Below, one piece after another: positions 9,617-17,712 of a stretch of 64,000 nt of DNA; positions within the stretch are counted from its first letter, which is position 1, and every line of letters begins with the position of its first letter. The position numbers and the translations under genes are program-made. This stretch comes from Candidatus Nomurabacteria bacterium RIFCSPLOWO2_01_FULL_41_18 (GTDB lineage: Bacteria > Patescibacteriota > Minisyncoccia > Phycocordibacterales > UBA9973), in the NCBI GenBank assembly GCA_001785865.1, contig MFUZ01000002.1, forward strand, positions 22,128 to 86,127, read 5' to 3'. The notes beneath the pieces were generated by a model that was not told where the DNA came from, searched no databases, and saw only the letters and a program-made list of their open reading frames with translations.

Positions 9617-10066
9617 ATGGCTAATTATGCAGAAAACAGAAAAGCGAGATTTAATTATGAAATTGTGGAAAAATACGAAACGGGTATTGAGCTCTTGGGC
9701 GTGGAAGTGAAATCTGTGCGAGGAGGGCAAATGTCGCTCGAGGGAGCTTTTGTTATTGTTCGTGGAGGAGAAGTGTATTTAATTAATGCGAATATCCCGC
9801 CTTATCAAGCCAAAAATGCTCCCAAAGATTATGACCCACTTCGCAATAGAAGGCTTTTGTTAACCAAAAAAGAAATCACAGAACTTGCCGGAAATGAGAA
9901 AAACAAGAGTTTGACAATTGTGCCTATTTCAGTGTATAATAAAGGAAGAAAAATAAAAGTAGAAATTGCTTTGGTGAAAGGTAAGAAAAAGTTTGATAAA
10001 CGTAGGGCGCTTGAAAAACGTGAGACAGATCGTAGTATTAGGCGCGAAATGAAAAGAGGAGAATAA
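9617..10066 (+). CDS. smpB: SsrA-binding protein SmpB
   Basis: 'RKARFNYEIVEKYETGIELLGVEVKSVRGG...DPLRNRRLLLTKKEI' matches SmpB, and the tmRNA gene follows. Confidence 0.9.
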   Translation: MANYAENRKARFNYEIVEKYETGIELLGVEVKSVRGGQMSLEGAFVIVRGGEVYLINANIPPYQAKNAPKDYDPLRNRRLLLTKKEITELAGNEKNKSLTIVPISVYNKGRKIKVEIALVKGKKKFDKRRALEKRETDRSIRREMKRGE

Positions 10067-10085
10067 CAGATAGAACTTTGAAAAA

Positions 10086-10132
10086 CCTCACCTGCCCTAA
10101 AGGGCATCCTCTCCTGGAAGGAGAGGTTTGGT
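10086..10132. repeat. family-1 palindromic repeat (ACCTCACC..GCCCTAAAGGGC..CCTCTCCTGGAAGGAGAGG..GGTGG)
   Basis: Two adjacent stem-loops with the family-1 end motif, between smpB and ssrA. Confidence 0.7.
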
Positions 10133-10167
10133 GGATAAAAGAAATATTAATTTCTTTTACAATATTT

Positions 10168-10564
10168 GGGGATGCAAGGCATAGACAGTAGGCCTTTTGT
10201 CATCGATGCATACCGAGAATGGACGTAACCTCGTAAAACTTCGTCCAATAGCTTAATTGCAAAATTAGCTTCCAAAGTGAAAGCAGCAGTCTCTCCATAC
10301 TTCGGTATGAATGACTTTGCTTTCGCTTCAGTTTCCGCTTCGGCGTAACTGATGTCTCTCTTATAGACTTCCGATATATAAGATGAGGCACAATATTATC
10401 GGGATAAGGAAATACCCGTTCGAGTATTTCACTAAAACCTAGAACTCGATTAAAAAATATTTGGCTCGTTTAAGAATTTTTTAATTTAAACAAAAAAGCG
10501 TGCTATGTATGTAGACTTCTTTACAAAAACCTTCTGCACTGGGATTCAATTTCCCACATCTCCA
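10168..10564 (+). ncRNA. ssrA: tmRNA (transfer-messenger RNA)
   Basis: The gene lies directly downstream of smpB. The 5' GGGGATG pairs with the 3' CATCTCC followed by A, giving a 7-bp acceptor with a G3:U70 wobble that marks Ala identity. The T-arm is TGGGA-TTCAATT-TCCCA. The internal GCATACCGAG...CCTCGTAAAA block resembles E. coli tmRNA. An Ala-rich tag reading frame ends ...NDFAFASVSASA at TAA 10346-10348. Confidence 0.7.
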
Positions 10565-10626
10565 CTCGACTTATTGTAATTTTTAAACTTGACTTAGAGT
10601 TTTAAGTAGACAATAATTAATACACT

Positions 10627-10935
10627 ATGAGTACAGAACCAGGACCAAATTCAGGGGAAAATATAAACAATCTTTCTCTTGAAGAAATCAAGTTAAGGTT
10701 AGAGGCTTTGAATCAAAAGTTTGATGAGTTGGATGGCCATTCTTTTTCTAGTATCGGAAATCCAGTTGAATTCAAAAAAACACTTGATGGAGTTGTTGTC
10801 AAGAACATTATTTCATCTGGGAGAAATTTTGCCGTTGCTAAAATGAAGGTTGAACGTATGCTAAAAATACTAAATGAAATCTCAGCACTTAAATCAAAAG
10901 AAACACTACTAACTCCTAAAACCCCGAAAGTATAA
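10627..10935 (+). CDS. hypothetical protein
   Basis: A 102-aa ORF with no recognisable motif. Confidence 0.35.
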   Translation: MSTEPGPNSGENINNLSLEEIKLRLEALNQKFDELDGHSFSSIGNPVEFKKTLDGVVVKNIISSGRNFAVAKMKVERMLKILNEISALKSKETLLTPKTPKV

Positions 10936-10982
10936 AGGTAATTTTATTTGGTTTTTTATATTTTTTGTGCTAATCTATAGCA

Positions 10983-12920
10983 ATGGATTTTAATTTTTTA
11001 AATAAGAAAGACGATCAAGGTGGCGGTAGAAACAAAGGCAGAAAAGTGGGCGGATCCAACTTTAAAGGCAGTATCGCGAGCACCATATTTATCTTCATGC
11101 TGATCACAGCTATCTATTTGGCTGTCTCTCCTGAAGGAAAAGCTGTCCCGGAGATACCGATCTCGGATTTGGCCAAAAGTGTCGCTCTGGGAGAAGTAAA
11201 AAAGATCTTAGTCGAAGGGGAGAAGCTCACGATCACTTATCAAAACGACGAAATAAAAAAATCCAAGAAAGAAGTGGGTTCGGCCCTCTCGCAAACTCTC
11301 TTCAATTACGGGGTGACCAGCGAAGCGCTCGGCAAGGCGGAAATAGAGATCAAGAACGAAAGTGGATTTATGTTTGTGCTTATAAACATTCTTCCGTTCC
11401 TATTGCCGATAGTTTTTATTTTGCTTTTCTTTTGGTATCTATCAAGGCAAGTGAAAGGCGCCGGCATGCAAGCACTTTCTTTTGGTCAGTCCAAAGCACG
11501 TATCACTGACCCAAATGATAAAAATAATAGAGTTACTTTCAAAGATGTGGCCGGATGCAAGGAAGCCAAAGAAGAATTGAAAGAAATTGTGGATTTCTTG
11601 AAAAGCCCGAAAAAGTTTTTAGACATCGGCGCTAGGATCCCGAAAGGAGTGATCTTGACTGGAGCTCCGGGCACAGGCAAGACATTGCTTGCGAGAGCCG
11701 TGGCAGGGGAAGCTGGCGTGCCTTTTTTCCATTTATCTGGAAGTGAATTTGTGGAAATGTTTGTCGGCGTGGGAGCTTCACGAGTGCGAGATCTTTTCAA
11801 AATGGCCAAGAAAGCGGCGCCGGCTATTATCTTCGTGGATGAGATAGATGCGATCGGGCGAACCCGCGGAGGAGGCTTTGGTGGAGGCAACGACGAGCGC
11901 GAGCAGACTTTAAACCAAATATTGGTGGAAATGGACGGCTTTGAACCGAACGACAAAGTGATCGTGATGGCAGCGACAAATAGGCCGGACGTGCTTGATC
12001 CAGCACTCATTCGCCCCGGACGTTTTGATAGAAAAGTATTGCTGGATTTGCCTGACAGGGCTGACCGTGAAGAAATATTGAAAATTCATGCAGTAAAAAA
12101 ACCTCTCGCCGAAGATATTAATTTGAAATTAATTGCTGAACGTACCCCAGGATTTTCTGGTGCTGATTTGTATTCATTGATGAACGAAGGCGCGATACTT
12201 GCGGCACGCGAAAATAGGAAAAAAGTTTTCCAATTTGATTTAATTCGAGCTATTGAAAAAGTAATGCTCGGTCCTGAACGCAAAAGCCATTTGCTTTCTA
12301 AAAAAGAAAAAGAAATTACTGCATATCACGAAGCAGGTCATGCTCTAGTGGCTTCGGTGCTTCCTTATGCCGACCCAGTGCATAAAGTTTCTATTATTGC
12401 GCGTGGAAATGCTGGCGGATATACTTTGAAATTGCCTTTAGAAGAGCGACGTTTGCAATCCAAGAAAGAATTTATAGATGATATCGCTATGTCTCTCGGC
12501 GGATATGTGGCAGAGCAAATGATCTTTGGAGACATTACTACTGGACCGTCTAGTGATTTGCAAATGTCTACAAATTTGGCTCGGGCGATGGTCACACGCT
12601 GGGGTATGTCAGATGTAATTGGACCAATTGCGCTAGTCAGTGGGGGAGGTAGAATGCAATATGGAGAAGCTCCTGAACAAGAATATTCTGAAGCTGTTTC
12701 GACGAAAGTGGATGCTGAAGTTTCCAGAATAATAAGTGATGGATTAAAATCTGCTGAAAAAGTTCTTTCCGAACACAGAAAAGCATTTGATGCTATTGCG
12801 CACAAGCTTATAGAAGTGGAAACTTTAGAACAAGAAGAATATGAGAAGATATTAACTGCGCATGGAATAGTTCTAAAGAAGAAAGAAATTATAGCTCCGA
12901 CTGACGCTCAAGTTGCCTAA
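10983..12920 (+). CDS. ftsH: ATP-dependent zinc metalloprotease FtsH
   Basis: An N-terminal TM region, the AAA Walker A '[18 protein letters not shown]', SRH, and the zinc motif 'HEAGHAL'. Confidence 0.95.
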   Translation: MDFNFLNKKDDQGGGRNKGRKVGGSNFKGSIASTIFIFMLITAIYLAVSPEGKAVPEIPISDLAKSVALGEVKKILVEGEKLTITYQNDEIKKSKKEVGSALSQTLFNYGVTSEALGKAEIEIKNESGFMFVLINILPFLLPIVFILLFFWYLSRQVKGAGMQALSFGQSKARITDPNDKNNRVTFKDVAGCKEAKEELKEIVDFLKSPKKFLDIGARIPKGVILTGAPGTGKTLLARAVAGEAGVPFFHLSGSEFVEMFVGVGASRVRDLFKMAKKAAPAIIFVDEIDAIGRTRGGGFGGGNDEREQTLNQILVEMDGFEPNDKVIVMAATNRPDVLDPALIRPGRFDRKVLLDLPDRADREEILKIHAVKKPLAEDINLKLIAERTPGFSGADLYSLMNEGAILAARENRKKVFQFDLIRAIEKVMLGPERKSHLLSKKEKEITAYHEAGHALVASVLPYADPVHKVSIIARGNAGGYTLKLPLEERRLQSKKEFIDDIAMSLGGYVAEQMIFGDITTGPSSDLQMSTNLARAMVTRWGMSDVIGPIALVSGGGRMQYGEAPEQEYSEAVSTKVDAEVSRIISDGLKSAEKVLSEHRKAFDAIAHKLIEVETLEQEEYEKILTAHGIVLKKKEIIAPTDAQVA

Positions 12921-12927
12921 AAAATAG

Positions 12928-13410
12928 ATGCTGAATAAGTTTTGGAAATGGTACGAGAAAAATTACAGAGTCATTGCGTCTCTCACGGCCCTGCTTTTTC
13001 TCTTGCAGATAGTGCATTTATACTGGCTTTCGACAGACATTGTATTTTTTAAATTATTTAGGCATGCATTTTGGGATCCGGGTAATTTTTGGACTACTGT
13101 CATCGCACTTGTGGATTATACAGAGATACCGGCGATCATAACGAGCTCTATATTATATATTCACCAATATCGCACAAATAAAGAAAACCGCTTCCATAGT
13201 ATATTATTTCTATTGCTGATCAATTCGCAATGGCTTCACTTGTTTTGGATTACGGATGAAGTGGTGGTGGCGCAATTTACTGGCACAGCTCTGGTTGCTA
13301 TACCCATCTGGCTATCCTGGTGTGCTATTGTCATAGACTATCTTGAACTTCCAGTCATTTATGACACGATCAAAAAAGCTTTTTTGTCTTTAAAGAAAAA
13401 GGTAGTCTAA
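12928..13410 (+). CDS. hypothetical membrane protein
   Basis: A 160-aa polytopic hydrophobic ORF. Confidence 0.4.
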   Translation: MLNKFWKWYEKNYRVIASLTALLFLLQIVHLYWLSTDIVFFKLFRHAFWDPGNFWTTVIALVDYTEIPAIITSSILYIHQYRTNKENRFHSILFLLLINSQWLHLFWITDEVVVAQFTGTALVAIPIWLSWCAIVIDYLELPVIYDTIKKAFLSLKKKVV

Positions 13411-13466
13411 ACGAACTCTAAATTGCGTTTTAGCCTTATTTTGTTATAGTTATTAGGTTTACACAT

Positions 13467-13522
13467 CCGCGTGTAGCTCAGTTTCCGCCAGAGGCGGACC
13501 AGCCTTTGGCTGAGGCTAGTCC
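13467..13522 (+). other. truncated tRNA 5' fragment (GCGTGTAGCTCAGTT) fused to a 29-nt double-hairpin motif (TCCGCCAGAGGCGGA + CCAGCCTTTGGCTG)
   Basis: 15 nt are identical to the 5' acceptor/D-arm of the intact tRNA at 13768. The same double-hairpin motif (here called motif X) is repeated at 13851-13879. Confidence 0.6.
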
Positions 13523-13528
13523 AAATAA

Positions 13529-13777
13529 ATGTTTAGTATCTACATACTAAAAAGTTTAAAAAAAGGAAAAAGATATATTGGTTATACTGGCAAAACGGCT
13601 GAAAAAAGATTAATTGAACACAATTCCAATTCAAATGTTTTCACAAGACAAAATAAACCTTTTGTGTTAATCTATACCGAAGAATACCAGACCAAAGCTG
13701 AAGCAATCAAGAGAGAAAAATTTTTAAAGTCTGGGCAGGGAAGAAAGTTTTTAGATGGTAAAATATCGGGCGTGTAG
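13529..13777 (+). CDS. small stand-alone GIY-YIG nuclease domain protein
   Basis: 'FSIYILKSLKKGKRYIGYTGKTAEKRLIEHN' is a classic GIY-YIG motif. The stop codon TAG overlaps the 5' end of the downstream tRNA. Confidence 0.75.
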   Translation: MFSIYILKSLKKGKRYIGYTGKTAEKRLIEHNSNSNVFTRQNKPFVLIYTEEYQTKAEAIKREKFLKSGQGRKFLDGKISGV

Positions 13778-13840
13778 CTCAGTTGGTAGAGCGCTTAGCT
13801 TATACCTAAGTGGCCCTTGGTTCGAATCCAAGCACGCCCA
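13768..13840 (+). tRNA. tRNA, anticodon loop CTTATAC, predicted anticodon UAU (Ile, AUA-reading)
   Basis: Hand-folded cloverleaf: acceptor GGGCGTG/CACGCCC plus A; D-arm GCTC..GAGC; anticodon stem CTTAG/CTAAG; T-arm CTTGG-TTCGAAT-CCAAG. Confidence 0.7.
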
Positions 13841-13931
13841 CAGCTCAGTTTCCGCCAGAGGCGGACCAGCCTTTGGCTGGGGTTGAGAGCTTATACCTCT
13901 GGGGTCCTTGGTTTGAATCCAAGAGGACGGA
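13841..13931 (+). pseudogene. decayed tRNA copy (D-arm remnant + motif X + anticodon/T arms + 3' acceptor) lacking a matching 5' acceptor strand
   Basis: It aligns to the intact tRNA at 13768 with deletions. It has the same CTTATAC anticodon loop. Motif X is inserted at the same D-loop position as in the 13467 fragment. Confidence 0.5.
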
Positions 13932-13970
13932 CTACGTTGCAGAAAATATCTTTAATGGTATAATTAATTT

Positions 13971-14303
13971 ATGCAAAAAATAATATTCCTTTGCCTTGTC
14001 GTGGCTAAACTTATAAGGGAGCTTATTTATCTATTTATTGGTGTGGCTGTAGTGGTTTTTCTTCAAGGCTTCGGATTTGGCGATGGCATTGACTCGAGTG
14101 GAAAAATATCCTTTATCATTCTGATTGTTGTGTTGATTTTAATATCTTATGCCCTACCTTATCTTCTAAAAAATAAATGGCCAAGCGAGGTTGCTAAAGC
14201 TGAAGCGATTAATGATAAACCACGTAAAGTTTTTACATATTTAGGTGTAGCACTTATAATAATTGCAATTATTGCGTTCTTTATATTTATGCAATCGATA
14301 TAG
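13971..14303 (+). CDS. hypothetical membrane protein
   Basis: 110 aa with 3 hydrophobic helices. Confidence 0.4.
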   Translation: MQKIIFLCLVVAKLIRELIYLFIGVAVVVFLQGFGFGDGIDSSGKISFIILIVVLILISYALPYLLKNKWPSEVAKAEAINDKPRKVFTYLGVALIIIAIIAFFIFMQSI

Positions 14304-14306
14304 TTT

Positions 14307-16457
14307 TTACTCAAAATGAAATTCTCCAGCTTTACTTTTTACTTTAGCTTTCAGCAGGGGATACTTAATTAGTTCAGGATCTTCTTCGATTAGGCGAATG
14401 GCTTCGGTGCGGGCGGCTTCTACCATTTTTATATTTTTAATTGCTTCCATGCCAAGGTCGGTGATGCCCCATTGTTTGGTGCCTCCGAGTTCGCCGGCGC
14501 CACGAAGGGTGAGGTCTAGTTCTGCCAATTCAAAACCATTTTTTGCAGTTTTTAATGCTTTTAGTCTAGCTATTGTTTTTTCACTTTTGGCTTCGGCAAA
14601 GATGTAGCAATATGCTTGATGTGTACTACGAATCACACGTCCGCGGAGCTGGTGCAGTTGTGCCAAACCAAATCTCTCTGCGCCTTCTATGATTATTACA
14701 GTCGCATTTGGGACATTCACCCCGACTTCCACCACAGAAGTAGCGCAAAGTATGTGAATTTTTCCTTCAGTGAATTCTTGCATCACTTCTTCTTTTTTCT
14801 CCTTGCTCATTTTGCTGTGCAGGACTCCAATTTCGTATTCTCGAAATATTTCTTTTTTCAAACGTTTGGCTTCTTCGACTGCAGATTTTACGTTGAGCGC
14901 TAATTCTTTTTCTGGATCAGGTTCAAAAATTCTAGGGCAAATTACATAAAGCTGTCTGCCATTTTTTAATTCTTGTCTTATTTTTTCATAAGTTTCAAGT
15001 CGTTTGTTTGGGGTAATAATTTCTGTAATTATTTGTTTTCTCCCGGCTGGCATTTCATCAAGAAGCGACAAATCCAAGTCCCCATAGATAGTCAGCGCAA
15101 GTGTGCGGGGGATGGGGGTAGCCGTCATTGAGAGTAGGTGAGGAGCAACTCCATCCTTGCGAACAAGTTTTCTTCTCTGCGCTGTGCCAAATCTGTGCTG
15201 TTCATCTATCACCACTAATGCCAAATTTTTAAATTTAACAGTTTTTTGAATCAGGGCATGGGTGCCTATTAGAATTGGAATTTGGCCGTTCGCGACCCAT
15301 TTGAGCAGTTGTGCACGAGAAATTATGGTAGCTTCTTTCGGGTTTATTTTCGATGGGAATTTTTTACAGCCCGAACCTGTGATTAGGCCAATCTGAATTC
15401 CAGTGTGAGTAAAATATTGAATGAAGGAGTAAAAATGCTGATTGGCTAAAATCTCAGTCGGTGCCATATAGGCCGTTTGCAGATTATCCTTTAGTAGGAC
15501 GTACGAAGCTGTGGCAGCCACTGCAGTTTTACCGGAGCCGACATCTCCTTCGAGCAGTCGGGACATTGGGAAATTTTTCGTCATGTCAGCTAGTATTGTT
15601 TCAATCGATTTACTTTGAGAATTTGTTGGTTTAAATGGGAAGCGTTCTAAGAAATCCTGTACGTCTTTCTTTTCTGGTCTAATTTGGAAAGATTTATTTT
15701 TTCTATATTCAAATTTATCGTGTTGGCGTTCCAACTGGATGCAAAAGACCTCTTCAAAGGCGAATCTTTTGCGAGCTGACTCGGCATCATTTTTGTTTTT
15801 TGGTTTATGTATCCAAATCAGGGCCGTTTTTAAAGTTGGCAAGCTATATTTTTTTAAAATATCAGCTGGAATATAATCTTCTAAATTATCCAAACTTTTC
15901 TCTCTCAATATTTTTTCTATAGCGTGATAAAACCATTTGGAAGTGATTCCCCGAGTTTCGGCATAAATGGGGTAAGAGAGACCCTCCCCAAGCCCCTCCC
16001 TTAGCAAGGTGGGGTTTCTAAATAAAGTATCATGCGAATCTATGGGCATGTCCAGCATCTTTTCAAATTCTGGATTGGCTAGATAAATGCCGTTTTTGCC
16101 TTGAGTCACTTTGCCGGTTAATTTTACATTCTCGCCGTCATGAAGCATCTTTGCGAGATACGCCTGATTGAACCAAGTTATTTTTATTTTTCCAGACAAA
16201 TCTTCTATTTGGCCCTCGGCCATGGGAATCTTTGAACGAAAACCTTTTTTAGTTTTCAATTTTGATATTTTTCCATAAACTGTTGCCATATCTCCGGGAA
16301 TTAAATCCACAACTCTTTTTACCTCACTGATATCGCTATAGCGAATAGGGAAGTGAAACAGCAGGTCGGATACTGAAAAAAGCTTGAGTTTATTTAAAGC
16401 TCTTTTTTGGTTTACATCTAGGCGGAATTTTATTTCCAGCTTGTCGTGAAGTTCCAT
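14307..16457 (-). CDS. recG: ATP-dependent DNA helicase RecG
   Basis: A wedge/OB N-terminal region, Walker A 'GDVGSGKTAVAA', 'VVIDEQHRFG', and helicase C motifs, about 716 aa. Confidence 0.9.
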   Translation of the reverse strand: MELHDKLEIKFRLDVNQKRALNKLKLFSVSDLLFHFPIRYSDISEVKRVVDLIPGDMATVYGKISKLKTKKGFRSKIPMAEGQIEDLSGKIKITWFNQAYLAKMLHDGENVKLTGKVTQGKNGIYLANPEFEKMLDMPIDSHDTLFRNPTLLREGLGEGLSYPIYAETRGITSKWFYHAIEKILREKSLDNLEDYIPADILKKYSLPTLKTALIWIHKPKNKNDAESARKRFAFEEVFCIQLERQHDKFEYRKNKSFQIRPEKKDVQDFLERFPFKPTNSQSKSIETILADMTKNFPMSRLLEGDVGSGKTAVAATASYVLLKDNLQTAYMAPTEILANQHFYSFIQYFTHTGIQIGLITGSGCKKFPSKINPKEATIISRAQLLKWVANGQIPILIGTHALIQKTVKFKNLALVVIDEQHRFGTAQRRKLVRKDGVAPHLLSMTATPIPRTLALTIYGDLDLSLLDEMPAGRKQIITEIITPNKRLETYEKIRQELKNGRQLYVICPRIFEPDPEKELALNVKSAVEEAKRLKKEIFREYEIGVLHSKMSKEKKEEVMQEFTEGKIHILCATSVVEVGVNVPNATVIIIEGAERFGLAQLHQLRGRVIRSTHQAYCYIFAEAKSEKTIARLKALKTAKNGFELAELDLTLRGAGELGGTKQWGITDLGMEAIKNIKMVEAARTEAIRLIEEDPELIKYPLLKAKVKSKAGEFHFE
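15980..16008 (-). repeat. partial family-1 repeat embedded in-frame in recG
   Basis: The reverse complement 'CTTGCTAAGGGAGGGGCTTGGGGAGGGTC' matches the 3' half of the 6114 element (CTTGTTAAGGAGAGGGGTTGGGGAGAGGT). It encodes 'REGLGEGLS'. Confidence 0.5.
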
Positions 16458-16476
16458 ATCATGTTATGATATACTC

Positions 16477-16728
16477 ATGGATTCGTTTTTACAATCGCAG
16501 ATTTTCTTCTTTATCTCCTCGATCGGCTTTGTCATTCTAGGGATCATGGCGGGTATATTTTTATTTTATCTTATTCGCGCTATGAACACGTTTAATAGAA
16601 TTATGGATAAAATAGAAAAAGATATAGAAAAAATAGGCGATACTACGAAGGAGATGATAGAAGATCTGAAAGGGAGCTTCATTTTCAATTTTCTTTTTAG
16701 AAAGAAGAGACGGACCCGCAAGGAGTAG
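16477..16728 (+). CDS. hypothetical small membrane protein
   Basis: 83 aa, with an N-terminal TM helix and a charged C-terminus. Confidence 0.35.
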   Translation: MDSFLQSQIFFFISSIGFVILGIMAGIFLFYLIRAMNTFNRIMDKIEKDIEKIGDTTKEMIEDLKGSFIFNFLFRKKRRTRKE

Positions 16729-16739
16729 ATTTGTAATTA

Positions 16740-17153
16740 ATGTTATCTTTAAACGGCATACTATGTATGAATATGACAAAAAATAAAAAAATATCAAAAG
16801 GTAAGATCGTCGCGCTCGGAGCTGGGGCAGTCGCTCTCGGAGCCGCCGCTTATTATTTTTTAGGGCCCAAAGGCAAAGAGCATCAGCAATCCGCGCAAAA
16901 GTGGGTGGTTGAGGCGAAGAAGAAAATAATAAAAAAAATAGAAAAAGAAAAAATAGTTACGAAAGAGGCATACGAAAAGATCGTTGATAATGTCCTTCAT
17001 TCTTATGAGGTGGCGGGGATTTCGCTCGCGGAAGTCGTCAAATCCGCCAAATCATTGAAAGATGATTGGAAGCATATCGCCAAAGAAACAAAAACCAAAG
17101 CTAAAAATACCGTAAAAAATATTACAACCGAAGTAAAGAAGACGAAGAACTAA
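16740..17153 (+). CDS. hypothetical protein (YtxH-like, N-terminal TM, Lys-rich coiled region)
   Basis: The likely start is the internal 'MTKNKKISKGK'. A Gly/Ala-rich TM segment is followed by a K/E-rich region. Confidence 0.4.
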   Translation: MLSLNGILCMNMTKNKKISKGKIVALGAGAVALGAAAYYFLGPKGKEHQQSAQKWVVEAKKKIIKKIEKEKIVTKEAYEKIVDNVLHSYEVAGISLAEVVKSAKSLKDDWKHIAKETKTKAKNTVKNITTEVKKTKN

Positions 17154-17209
17154 CTAGCAAGCGAAGACTTAGCTAAACTCTATAATTTTCTTCGGATTTC
17201 GATTTGTTG

Positions 17210-17298
17210 CGGAGCCGGGCGGATTCGAACCGCCGAGGGGTTTTGAAGCCCCTGCCTCTTTAGCAAAGAGGTACGTTAGACCACTCTGACACGGCTCC
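17210..17298 (-). tRNA. tRNA-Ser (GCU)
   Basis: The reverse complement folds as a class II tRNA: acceptor GGAGCCG, anticodon arm CCTCT-TTGCTAA-AGAGG, a long variable arm, and T-arm GGCGG-TTCGAAT-CCGCC. Confidence 0.8.
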
Positions 17299-17300
17299 GT

Positions 17301-17328
17301 ACGTAATTAAATACGTATTTAATTACGT
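17301..17328. repeat. perfect 28-nt palindrome ACGTAATTAAATACGTATTTAATTACGT between convergent tRNA genes
   Basis: It is its own reverse complement. A related TACGTAATTAATTACGTA copy lies inside pheT at 45347. Confidence 0.7.
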
Positions 17329-17390
17329 AATTACTTTAGCATATATATGCCATTTTTCCATTTTTTCTGTTATACTCCCTCTGTAATTTT

Positions 17391-17477
17391 GGATGAGTGA
17401 CCGAGTGGCTTAAGGTAGCGGTTTACTAAACCGCCGTCCCCTTAAAAGGACCGTGAGTTCGAATCTCACCTCATCCG
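17391..17477 (+). tRNA. class II (long variable arm) tRNA with apparent anticodon ACU (Ser-like; needs software confirmation)
   Basis: Acceptor GGATGAG/CTCATCC plus G. The fold parallels tRNA-Ser. The anticodon arm is GCGGT-TTACTAA-ACCGC and the T-arm is GTGAG-TTCGAAT-CTCAC. Confidence 0.6.
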
Positions 17478-17712
17478 CTTCAAAAATATATCTCATATAT
17501 GGATTACCATATAACAACAGCACTTGAACATTAAACAAATAAATTTGCTTATGCTCCTCACTTGTTGTTATAATGTATTTAGTCGATTATTATTAAATTT
17601 TTAATCGAATTAAGTTTATGATCAAAGGAGAACACTAGAAGCAATTGGGAATGGTTGGTTTAATTTACTTATTTAAAAGAGGCGGCTTGTTTGCTGTCTC
17701 TTTTGTGTTATT

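Noticed and set aside
10200-10391. 63-aa ORF on the minus strand
   Set aside because: It lies entirely within the predicted tmRNA gene on the opposite strand and has no protein motif.
11486-12805. Minus-strand ORFs of 174 and 146 aa inside ftsH
   Set aside because: They are antisense to a strongly supported ftsH CDS and have low-complexity Ser/Pro-rich composition.
13841-13931. Interpretation of the downstream tRNA-like segment as a functional split or intron-containing tRNA
   Set aside because: No 5' acceptor strand complementary to AGGACGG is present nearby. The segment aligns to the intact tRNA with deletions and looks like a decayed copy.
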